Source: a virus
DNA: 64,000 nt
IMG/VR virus record: IMGVR_UViG_3300020538_000003
Span: 32,065-96,064 of that record
Reading direction: 5' to 3' (one strand)
Both the position numbers and the translations under genes were made by a program. Within the stretch, counting starts at the first letter, position 1, and every line of letters begins with the position of its first letter. Of this stretch, positions 28,724 through 38,063 are shown one piece after another. Below the pieces are notes generated by a model that saw nothing but the letters and a program-made list of their open reading frames with translations, searched no databases and was not told the origin of the DNA.

Positions 28724-29853
28724 GTCACTTAGTAGAAGAATACGCAAAGTCTTGTGGGGTAAAAATTGGTATACCAAAAATTAATCCTCATTTTTTTCCT
28801 GTTGTCGAAGATAGGTACATTACCATTCATAATGATAAAAAAGTTGAATCAAAAGAATATTCTTATTGGCCGCAAGTAATAGAATTGATAAAACCTATTT
28901 TGTCAAAGAAAAATATTAAAATAATTCAAATTGGATCTAGTGGAGAAGCTACTATTAATGGCGTAGATAAACATATTGTCACAAATACATTGAAACAATG
29001 TTCTTTCATCATAAAGAATTCTTTGGCTCATGTTGGTATTGATAGCGTACCTGTTCATATAGCAAGCGCCTTTGATAAACCAATTGTTTCAATATATTCA
29101 CATACATATGCTGCAACATGCAAACCTTATTGGAATAAAAAATCAAAAACTATATGTATAGAGTCTCATAGGGGAGGCAATAAGCCATCTTTTTCTATAA
29201 AGGAAAGTATTCAAACAATTAACTTTATTTATCCAGAAAAAATCGCCAATTCTTTATTGGAGGTATTGGATATAAATGAAAAGATTAATTTTGAAACAAT
29301 TCTTATTGGCGAAAGATTTAATCAAAAATTTTTAGATGTGATTCCATCAAAAAAAACCTTAATATTTAATGAGACAATTAATGTAAGAATGGATCACTGT
29401 CACAATGAAGATGTTTTAGAAGATCTATTGTTAAGAAATAATGTAGAGATAACTACAAATAAAATCATTAATGATAGAATTTTAAATTCTAAAAAAATAC
29501 GATGTATTAATTATATTGCAGATGAATTCGATGTTGATTTTGTTAAAAAAATTAAAAAATTAGGAATCAATCATATTTTATTATGTTCTAAAGAGGAAAA
29601 CCTTTCTGACGAAAGAAAAAAACTTTTTGACTTTCAAATAAATTCTTTTAATCAAAAAGAAATAATAGAGTCAAATAAATTAAAATTAAAAAATGTTGAT
29701 TTAAACAAAGTAAAATTTTATTCAAATAAAAAAATTATTTGTGGAGATCAAGTTTACGATTCTTTGTTTGAATTTTATAATAAAAGAAATGATAGCGATT
29801 TTTTTATTGACTTAGATTGGTTTTATGTTTATAATGAAAATTATGAACGATGA
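28720..29853 (+). CDS. GT9 (heptosyltransferase-like) glycosyltransferase
   Basis: K.Y.YW..V, IIQIG, HVGIDSVPVHIASAFDKP.V. Confidence 0.85.
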   Translation: MSHLVEEYAKSCGVKIGIPKINPHFFPVVEDRYITIHNDKKVESKEYSYWPQVIELIKPILSKKNIKIIQIGSSGEATINGVDKHIVTNTLKQCSFIIKNSLAHVGIDSVPVHIASAFDKPIVSIYSHTYAATCKPYWNKKSKTICIESHRGGNKPSFSIKESIQTINFIYPEKIANSLLEVLDINEKINFETILIGERFNQKFLDVIPSKKTLIFNETINVRMDHCHNEDVLEDLLLRNNVEITTNKIINDRILNSKKIRCINYIADEFDVDFVKKIKKLGINHILLCSKEENLSDERKKLFDFQINSFNQKEIIESNKLKLKNVDLNKVKFYSNKKIICGDQVYDSLFEFYNKRNDSDFFIDLDWFYVYNENYER

Positions 29854-30610
29854 AAAATCACAAGTTACTCCATTTGAAAAATTTCAAAGAAATGAATTTG
29901 GTTTAATTAAAAGTATTAATTACTCTTTTAACGAAGATGGTTCGATTAATTGGAGAGACATGATTAAATCAGAGTTCCTTTATCCAAATAAGGGATGGTT
30001 TGACATTAGAAATCAAAGTGTTCCAAATTCAATGGATGGCTTGAATGATAAACAATTGCTTATTATGTTGGGTGGCATCAAGGAATTAGCTAAATTGCGC
30101 GGGTTTACTGATGTGGCATATCAAGTTTCCCACATTAAAGAAGATTATGTTGTGGCTAAGTGTCAGATTACGTGGATTGGAAACTATGAGACAAATGATA
30201 GATCTGTTCTTTTTGAAGATGTGGCTAATGCCACAGCGAATAATACGGATGATTTTTGTATTAAATTTTTAGAAACTATTGCTTGCAATAGAGCGTTTGT
30301 CCGTTGTGTGCGTAACTTTTTAAATATTCATATTGTTGGTGCAGACGAAATTGATCGCTCTAAAAATAATTTATATTCATCGGAATCTCCAGAAAATGTA
30401 GATGACCTTACAGTGCTAAAGCCAAGTGGTCTTTTAGAAAAAATTGTTTCTGAAAAAGGCATGAAATCGTTTGATGATTTTGTTGTTTGGCTTAGGGATC
30501 AATGGACATCTAATTTATATAGAAATGAAGATGTAAAAAATTGGGTTCAATATAAAGACATCCCAGCGAAAGAATGTAGAAAATTAATTGTTTTGTTAAA
30601 AAAGCATTAA
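29843..30610 (+). CDS. Putative ssDNA annealing protein (Rad52/Sak-like)
   Basis: LGGIKELA..RG, VVAKCQI, ETIACNRAFVRCVRNFLNI..VG.DE resemble the conserved Rad52-family helix. Start trimmed. Confidence 0.5.
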   Translation: MNDEKSQVTPFEKFQRNEFGLIKSINYSFNEDGSINWRDMIKSEFLYPNKGWFDIRNQSVPNSMDGLNDKQLLIMLGGIKELAKLRGFTDVAYQVSHIKEDYVVAKCQITWIGNYETNDRSVLFEDVANATANNTDDFCIKFLETIACNRAFVRCVRNFLNIHIVGADEIDRSKNNLYSSESPENVDDLTVLKPSGLLEKIVSEKGMKSFDDFVVWLRDQWTSNLYRNEDVKNWVQYKDIPAKECRKLIVLLKKH

Positions 30611-32880
30611 TTAATTTTTAAGAAATTTTTAGTTCCAGCGCTAAATATCTTACTAACAGCTTGTGTATTTGTAATAGAAATATTTGAATTAGTTAAGAAA
30701 TTAGATTGATCTGGAGGTAAGAAAGCTTTGTTGCTTTTACTTATTGTTGTGCTAACACCATCACTAGATACACTTAAAGAAATAGAATCAATGTCAATAG
30801 TTATACTATTTGGTATTTCAAAATCATAATAAGTAACAGAAGACGATTTTATAGCGCTAGGATTCGCTCCATTTAAACTAGTAAAATTTGCTGCAAGAGT
30901 TTTTGATTCTGAGTAAGATGCATTATAGGATTTTAATTCACTTTTGTTAAAGTCATTTGGTTTTTGAGATTTTATTTGAGAATAAACTTGTTGATAGTCT
31001 ATTTCTTCTTCTTCTTCTTGGTCATCTTGGTCATCTTCTTCGTCATCTGGAGGCGAGACATCTACCTTTGCTAATGTTATATGATTTTTTAAATTTCCTA
31101 ATGCTTTTGAATATAATTTTTTTGAACTATTTAAATTTTTTGTCAAACCAGTTTTTACTGATTCGTCTTGCACACCAATAAATGGATTATTACTATATGT
31201 AAAATAATCAACTTTTTGCGAAAGATCATCAAAATTATCGACAGAATCTTCTGGCATTAATTGTTTTTTTGTTATAGCTATAAAATAATTCTGTCCTTTC
31301 GCCATACCAGCATAATCAGCCAATGTTGCTACTGTAGGAATAGTAAAACCCTTGCTTTGTAAAAGATCAACGATATCTGCAAAAAAACCTATTTGACTTA
31401 TTTTTGTATTACCTTTATATGGTCCATCAACTGTAACACCATCTGAAGAAAGTAATGTTGCTTTTTTTACAAATATATTGCTATAACCCCTAGAGATAAA
31501 AACAGTTCCAAAAGTGTTATAATATCCTTTCAATAAGGTATAAAGTGGCGTTTCGCTTGCTTTAGCCATAACTTTATCATCCGTATCTAATAAAAGAAAA
31601 AAAGAAGCGCCATCTCCCAATAAACTTCTTGTTTTAGAGGTTTTATATGCATTGGTATCTGTTCCAACAATATTGCTTATTTTTCTTGATGTTTTATTTT
31701 TGGGTTTTTGCGGATAATAAGTGCCGCCATCAAAAGCTCCATAAAAACAAGAAGAGCAATAAATTAACTTATCAAAACTTCCTGGAGAATTTGCATGTGG
31801 AGAGCAAAAAAATGAATAAAAACATTCAATAAGAGCTGGTGATAAGCTTGATTGTAAAGCTGAAAAAAGTTTATTGAAATCTACTCTCTTTAGTTGTTTT
31901 TTTCTTAATTGCGCACCAGTCCCGCTAGTATTCATAATAGTAGAATTAGAGGAAGAAGATGGTGTAGAAGAAGTGGAGCCATTAAATGATGCAACGATTC
32001 TAGGGGTTCTGCCTCCTTCTGTAAAAGATGCTGATAAAATTTTTGGATTTGTATCGGTTGTTGGATTAGAAATTTGTATTGAATTAGCCCCAGCAGAAGA
32101 AATAAATTTTATTGATTTATTATCAACATACCAATAGTATCCAAAAAATGAAGCGATAGATGATAAGCATGATCTTATTGTCCCAGATGTATCAAATAAT
32201 ATTGAATCACTACTAGGCGCTCCAGTTATAGTTAATCCAACAGATCTTAAGGCTGCAAAAAAATCTGAAACTAAATAACCATATTTAAGTGATGCTTTAT
32301 TTGCATCTAATTCTTCGACAGCTGCATTAGCATAAGAAAGATTGCCAGCAAGACTTTTTTTATTATAAGCTAAATATATCTTCTTTGATTCTTCCATCAC
32401 GCTATATATAGAATAACTTTTTCCAAGAATGATAATTCTATCAGATGACAAAACTTTATTTCCAACTCCAGTAACATTAACAACTGGTTGTTTTGGTTTT
32501 ATTTTATAAACTCCTGGAAATTCTGAATGCGCATATACTGCTCCATCATAAGATAAATCACTTGTTCCTACTGGAGCAGTAGTACCTCTACATAAGACAA
32601 CCCAAGAATCTAAAAATTTTGAAAGTGAATCTATATATTTATAACTTTTTTTAATTCCAAAAGAATCTTTTGTAGTAGTTGTTTCGTCTAAAACAAAATC
32701 TTTTAATAATTTATCTACCTCAGATTTTGTAAAAGATGACCTTTCTCCAACTTTTCCAATTACAGAACCAAGCGAAGCAGACCCACAAGTAGAGGAGGCG
32801 TTTGAAGTTGTTACTGTGGCGCTATGAGATCCACCACTAGAAGAAAAATTCACCTCAACATTAGTAATAACTTCACTCAT
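30607..32880 (-). CDS. Tail tip/baseplate hub-like structural protein
   Basis: Position in the tail module; GTIRSCLSSIASFFGYYWYVD is hub-like. Confidence 0.6.
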   Translation of the reverse strand: MSEVITNVEVNFSSSGGSHSATVTTSNASSTCGSASLGSVIGKVGERSSFTKSEVDKLLKDFVLDETTTTKDSFGIKKSYKYIDSLSKFLDSWVVLCRGTTAPVGTSDLSYDGAVYAHSEFPGVYKIKPKQPVVNVTGVGNKVLSSDRIIILGKSYSIYSVMEESKKIYLAYNKKSLAGNLSYANAAVEELDANKASLKYGYLVSDFFAALRSVGLTITGAPSSDSILFDTSGTIRSCLSSIASFFGYYWYVDNKSIKFISSAGANSIQISNPTTDTNPKILSASFTEGGRTPRIVASFNGSTSSTPSSSSNSTIMNTSGTGAQLRKKQLKRVDFNKLFSALQSSLSPALIECFYSFFCSPHANSPGSFDKLIYCSSCFYGAFDGGTYYPQKPKNKTSRKISNIVGTDTNAYKTSKTRSLLGDGASFFLLLDTDDKVMAKASETPLYTLLKGYYNTFGTVFISRGYSNIFVKKATLLSSDGVTVDGPYKGNTKISQIGFFADIVDLLQSKGFTIPTVATLADYAGMAKGQNYFIAITKKQLMPEDSVDNFDDLSQKVDYFTYSNNPFIGVQDESVKTGLTKNLNSSKKLYSKALGNLKNHITLAKVDVSPPDDEEDDQDDQEEEEEIDYQQVYSQIKSQKPNDFNKSELKSYNASYSESKTLAANFTSLNGANPSAIKSSSVTYYDFEIPNSITIDIDSISLSVSSDGVSTTISKSNKAFLPPDQSNFLTNSNISITNTQAVSKIFSAGTKNFLKIN

Positions 32881-33647
32881 AATAATATAGACTCTAAAGA
32901 ATAAATTTCTGTAAATATTTTTGGCTCCAATCCAGTCACTATAAGAGTTACACCTGTATTCAACTCAATCCATATATTTTTTTCTTGCTCCATACCGTTA
33001 ACATACAAATTTGTTTCATTTTCAATAAATCTTACACCATACAAATCTGCTTCATTTTTAACAAATTGCGTTGCTTTTTGTTTTTGTGGAATCGCAAAAA
33101 TTTTTCCAGTAACCTGCATTCGATAATTAAATCCAGTATTATTTATTATTAAATAAGAGCCACTTCCACTATGTAATTTTTGTCCGTTTAGAAAATAATT
33201 TAATTTAGTCAAATTGCCAGTATATTCTGTCATTTTTTGTCTTAAATCATTCATTAAAGAGGCTTGAATGGCAGAACTTGAAGTGCCTGTACCAACACAT
33301 GCTTCTTGAGTTGGTCTTAAATCAAATATTAATTTTAATTCATTAATATTACTTAAAAAACCATTATCATCAAAATAAATTGTGGAAATTGATTCGCCTG
33401 TTTTAAAATAAAAATCCCCATCTGTTTTATAAATTTTTTCAAATATTGTCTCATTAATAGTTGGAGTTCTTTCAACAACTGTTTGAGAATTAAGTGAAGC
33501 GATAAAATCATGCGTACCAGTTCTATTTACTAATGGTATATTAAAGTTATTTGAATAATAATCTGCAAGTTGATTATTATCTCTATTTATTGAAATTGAT
33601 TCATAAATCAATTCACTTCCAGTTTTTATTTCGTAATTATAAATCAT
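32877..33647 (-). CDS. Tail-associated structural protein
   Basis: YFLNGQKL and LYVNG motifs; synteny. Confidence 0.6.
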   Translation of the reverse strand: MIYNYEIKTGSELIYESISINRDNNQLADYYSNNFNIPLVNRTGTHDFIASLNSQTVVERTPTINETIFEKIYKTDGDFYFKTGESISTIYFDDNGFLSNINELKLIFDLRPTQEACVGTGTSSSAIQASLMNDLRQKMTEYTGNLTKLNYFLNGQKLHSGSGSYLIINNTGFNYRMQVTGKIFAIPQKQKATQFVKNEADLYGVRFIENETNLYVNGMEQEKNIWIELNTGVTLIVTGLEPKIFTEIYSLESILL

Positions 33648-35020
33648 ATTCTTTTTTCTAAAAAGTATATGTAGTCTTTCTTAAAAAATTCAATAGATTT
33701 TGAATCTAATTGAACTCCAGATGAAGCTGCACCAGTCTCAAATACCTTTCCAGTTAATGGTGTTTGTACATAACCACTTATTTCACTTGTATTCCCAGTT
33801 AATGCTGTTGTTCCATAAATTGGAACTGTAATGCTATCAAATTTCATTCCAGTCACCTGCGTATAAACTTCGACTTGAATTATATCTCCTTGAAGACCTA
33901 ATGTATCAAACGCATTGTTTCCAGTTGGATCATATTTGCCAAAATTTGGTGGATGCAAATAACCAACTTCTTCTTTGTATGGTAAACCTTGAGCAGAATA
34001 ACCAGTAAAATATCTTCCACCTTCAGCTACAGATCTTACTCCGCTAAGAGTTGTTGCGCCCGTTATATAAGGTGTTCCTGTTTGAATTTGTTGATATCCT
34101 ATGATTCCAGTTAAATATCCAGTTACTCCTGTTTTATATATAATTGATGTATTGTATCCAGTTATAGTATTAGACTCGGTTACAATGCCACCACTATAAT
34201 AATAATCTGAAACAAAACCAGAAGATATGTTATATAAAAATTCTTTAGCTAATCTTCCAGAAAAAACGCACATTTCGCCTAAATATCCATCAAATTTTGG
34301 TTGCAAAGGATACTGTAAATTATAATAAGTTGGAGATGTACCCAGATATAATAAATCAGAATTTTTTATATAATTTGTATCAACAATAAAATTCTCAGAT
34401 TGAATGTCTTGATTTAATAAATCAAATCTAAAAATTTCAATTTCATTTTCAGAAATAGATAATCCAGCAATATTTTCTTTACTTAATTCAATTGAATTTG
34501 CCACAAAAATATAATCACCGTCTTTACCAACTGATTGGAAAAATAATTTACCTCTTGAATTTATTCCAAAATTAAAACCATTTGAGTATCTGTATTTTAT
34601 ATCATTTATCGTATCCTCAAAAACTCTTAAAGATCCAAATAATATAGAATCTTTGTAAGATTTATTAGAAAAATTAAATAACATAGAACAATCATTAACA
34701 TTAAAATCTGGTTGACCAGAAATAACTAATGGAAATGATGATAAATCTCCAGATCCATTATTTTTTAAAAATCCATATTCACCAGTTATATAATAGTTAA
34801 TAGAATTTATTGTATCGATACCAGTATTTTTTAATCCGTAAATTTCAGCGTGATTTTTGTTTGAATTAAATGATGGAAATGTATTTTTTAAATATGGAAT
34901 ATAATAAGTGCCACTTTGATATATTGAAACAGAACCTGTATCAAAATCATAATAAATCTTTAATCTTTCATTAGATAAGATGTTTGTATTTAAAATATAT
35001 GATAAAGCTTGTTTACTCAT
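33644..35020 (-). CDS. Tail structural protein with a LamG/ConA-like domain and a TG-rich C-terminus
   Basis: YYDFD...GFNFGINSRGKLFF...LYLG...FDGYLGEMCVFSG is LamG-like. Confidence 0.65.
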   Translation of the reverse strand: MSKQALSYILNTNILSNERLKIYYDFDTGSVSIYQSGTYYIPYLKNTFPSFNSNKNHAEIYGLKNTGIDTINSINYYITGEYGFLKNNGSGDLSSFPLVISGQPDFNVNDCSMLFNFSNKSYKDSILFGSLRVFEDTINDIKYRYSNGFNFGINSRGKLFFQSVGKDGDYIFVANSIELSKENIAGLSISENEIEIFRFDLLNQDIQSENFIVDTNYIKNSDLLYLGTSPTYYNLQYPLQPKFDGYLGEMCVFSGRLAKEFLYNISSGFVSDYYYSGGIVTESNTITGYNTSIIYKTGVTGYLTGIIGYQQIQTGTPYITGATTLSGVRSVAEGGRYFTGYSAQGLPYKEEVGYLHPPNFGKYDPTGNNAFDTLGLQGDIIQVEVYTQVTGMKFDSITVPIYGTTALTGNTSEISGYVQTPLTGKVFETGAASSGVQLDSKSIEFFKKDYIYFLEKRI

Positions 35021-36580
35021 TTAGTAATTTGATGTTATTGTGTAAGATATTTCGCTTTGTCCAACGGTTGATGTTTCATTTATTATTTTGCAGTTTTTAT
35101 TTAAATATTGTTTCGCTATATTTTTTAAAGTAGGCAAAGAACTTTCTAAATTATTTGCTGTTGCAGTTACACTTAATTCGCCAAGCATTCTATTTGCTAC
35201 AAGTTGATTTACTAATCCATTCATTCCATTTTTAAACATTGTAACAGCAACTGGTCTTGTATCAGATATCGATACTTCGCAATCATTTAATTGTCCGTTT
35301 GATGGGTCTATATTATTATTATAACTATACGAATAAGAAATTTTAGTTTCAAATGGGTTTTTATTAATATTTTCCGCGATAGCCTTATTATTTAAATAAC
35401 TACTCGATTCATATTGATTATTAGATAATGATATGAATGATGAAAAATGCTCTAATGCAAGTTGATATGGATTAATAGTGGAAATTCTTTGTTGTAATTT
35501 TGCAAATCTTGCGCTAGATTCTAAACTTCCACCAGTATATATATCATTTGGGCCATTATATTTTAATTCTCCATTAACGGAAACAGTAATTAAATTAGAG
35601 TCCTTGGTCGCACTAATTGAAACGGTATAATTGTTTAGCACATCTTCATTTCTTGTGTCAGTCGCATTAGTGAATTCAAATGAAAAAGAAATTGTATTTG
35701 ATGCTTGATTATGGGTATAATTATAAGAACTTGGACCTCTTGAAATTATATCATAAATATTGTTTTCAAAATTTGATTTTGATTTAATTAATGCGTTTGA
35801 AGCGAATTCTTTAGCTTTGTTTGAGTCAAATAAATTTTCCGAAACCTGTTCTCCATTAACACTTCCAATAATATCTCCATTTACAGAAATTTTAACAGAA
35901 TCACCTTTAGAATATGAAATCTGTACTTTAGGGCTAATAATAGCGTTATTAGAGATAGGATTTTTGCTTACATCAAGTTTCCAATTTCGCGTTAAAGAAT
36001 AAAATCCTCTAAAACGATCATATTGTTCTATTTCTGATCTTAAAAAAGCATTTTGTCCAGAATGAAAAAAACTATAATCTTTAAAAGAATCAAGAGAAGA
36101 AGAAACAAAATTAATTGCTTGGTCTATTGCAGTTGAACTATCCACCTTTAATCCTACGGCGGAAATAGTGTTTGTTACATCAACAATTCTACCATCTTGT
36201 TCAGAATATGACCAAGTATTTACTGGGTCTTTAATTCCATAATAATTAGAAAAGCTTGTATCTTCGTAAGCCTCTAATTCAATTGAGTAAGGTAAAATTC
36301 TACTTAAATTTGACTCTTGAAAAGAAATGGAGACTGGTTTTACAAAATTAAAACTTTCAGAATCAATTGTTAAATTTTGATATTCAGATAAAAACCCACT
36401 AATTAATTTTTGTTTTGTTGTATGAATTTTTAATAAATTTTCGCCAGTTATTTTTCCGATTAAAGTAATTTTTTTAGAAAGATGATCCAAAGAACCTTCC
36501 ATATAAATAGGGTTATCATCTATCGCCACAAATGGAGATGGTTCTGGTAATGTATAAGATCCATAAGATACTGTGCTCAT
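35021..36580 (-). CDS. Tail tip structural protein
   Basis: Beta-rich; downstream of the tape measure gene. Confidence 0.6.
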   Translation of the reverse strand: MSTVSYGSYTLPEPSPFVAIDDNPIYMEGSLDHLSKKITLIGKITGENLLKIHTTKQKLISGFLSEYQNLTIDSESFNFVKPVSISFQESNLSRILPYSIELEAYEDTSFSNYYGIKDPVNTWSYSEQDGRIVDVTNTISAVGLKVDSSTAIDQAINFVSSSLDSFKDYSFFHSGQNAFLRSEIEQYDRFRGFYSLTRNWKLDVSKNPISNNAIISPKVQISYSKGDSVKISVNGDIIGSVNGEQVSENLFDSNKAKEFASNALIKSKSNFENNIYDIISRGPSSYNYTHNQASNTISFSFEFTNATDTRNEDVLNNYTVSISATKDSNLITVSVNGELKYNGPNDIYTGGSLESSARFAKLQQRISTINPYQLALEHFSSFISLSNNQYESSSYLNNKAIAENINKNPFETKISYSYSYNNNIDPSNGQLNDCEVSISDTRPVAVTMFKNGMNGLVNQLVANRMLGELSVTATANNLESSLPTLKNIAKQYLNKNCKIINETSTVGQSEISYTITSNY

Positions 36581-38058
36581 GATGTTACATAATTAATTGT
36601 GCGAGTTGTTGTTCCATTTGCTGAATCTATTGAAATCTGATCGGACTCAATATATCCATTTATAATTGGAGCATTATTTAATAAATATGTTTCTCCAAAT
36701 CTAAGCCCTTTAGATTTAAAAGGAACCACAACCATTGACAAACTCCCTCTTCCATTGCCCTTCTTATCAGATGTAGCAATTTTTTCATTTAAATCAGAAA
36801 GATCAATTACTTTTTCAAATATATCTGTTGGATCAGTTGTTGATTTTGTTGTTTTGAATTTTAAAATGCCATTATTAGTATTATAAGAACTGTCTGTAGA
36901 AAAAATAACGTTATCGTTGATTTTACCTTCATGCTTTATAAATGATGTAGATCTTGATTTTTCATATACAGATCCAACAGATGAAAATAAAGAATTTATT
37001 TTGCTGCTATATGTAGATTGAGTTGAAGAATAAATATTTTTTACATTTTGAAATCTAGTTTCAAGATTTTTTCCTTCAGAAATGTAACTTATATTTATTT
37101 GATATTCATAATACGCCCCGCTTTTTTGTTTAGATACTTCATATGAAATAACACTTTCTTGATTTTTATTTGGATTATTGGTGAATGACATTTTTAATGT
37201 AATAACACCACTGTCTTTACTAATACCTTTTTCTATCAATATTGGACGACCATATGTTGAGTTTTCTGTTGAAACTATTTCATCTATTTTTAATTTTGCG
37301 GCACTTAAAGCATTTTCCTCAATTGGCTCTTTCAAGGCTTTTATTTGTATGTCGTAAGATTTGTTTTTAAAACCATTATCATCAACACTTGTTGTAAAAG
37401 AAGAAGTGAAAGAAATATTATTCACTATATACGTAGATGATTGAAAATTTTCTGTAAAAGAAACAGATAAATCTATAAGATTAAAGTTTTCCGTTTTATT
37501 TGTTTTCCAACTTGTTGTAGCGGCATTTCCATATTGCGGTCTATTATTAAAATAAAAGTTATTTAAAAATATTTTTGCATTATCTAAAAACTGACTTCCA
37601 GCATCTTGCTTATATTTTATAGAAACACTTCTATCAAAAGAATAACTATCGTCTGAATATGATGAATTTAAATTTTCTTGAAAAGATTCTATCCATTGTG
37701 GGCTTGCAAGACTTTGAGCAAAACTGTTGTTTGAATATGAATTTAATCTTTTAGACTCTTGTATTGCTATTGTCGCAGTTGTTGAACCAGCAAGAGATGT
37801 TTCTTTGAAGGATAAGGATGTTAGTCTTCCATTAAGAAATTCATCTCCTCCAATTCTAGCGACAATATTTTTTCTAGCATATGCGGCCTTCAAAGCTTGT
37901 TGCCCAACAAGTAAAACATTATTTTCTTCAAATTCAACGTCAGAAATATCAACCGTATAACTTGCTAAAACTTCATACCCAAATAAATTAACAGAATCAA
38001 AATAGTTATAATTTATTTGAATTGAAGAATTTGTAACTTTATTTATTAGTAAACTCAT
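36577..38058 (-). CDS. Distal tail-like structural protein
   Basis: First gene after the tape measure gene; beta-rich; resembles the next gene in composition. Confidence 0.6.
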   Translation of the reverse strand: MSLLINKVTNSSIQINYNYFDSVNLFGYEVLASYTVDISDVEFEENNVLLVGQQALKAAYARKNIVARIGGDEFLNGRLTSLSFKETSLAGSTTATIAIQESKRLNSYSNNSFAQSLASPQWIESFQENLNSSYSDDSYSFDRSVSIKYKQDAGSQFLDNAKIFLNNFYFNNRPQYGNAATTSWKTNKTENFNLIDLSVSFTENFQSSTYIVNNISFTSSFTTSVDDNGFKNKSYDIQIKALKEPIEENALSAAKLKIDEIVSTENSTYGRPILIEKGISKDSGVITLKMSFTNNPNKNQESVISYEVSKQKSGAYYEYQINISYISEGKNLETRFQNVKNIYSSTQSTYSSKINSLFSSVGSVYEKSRSTSFIKHEGKINDNVIFSTDSSYNTNNGILKFKTTKSTTDPTDIFEKVIDLSDLNEKIATSDKKGNGRGSLSMVVVPFKSKGLRFGETYLLNNAPIINGYIESDQISIDSANGTTTRTINYVTS

Positions 38059-38063
38059 GATGC

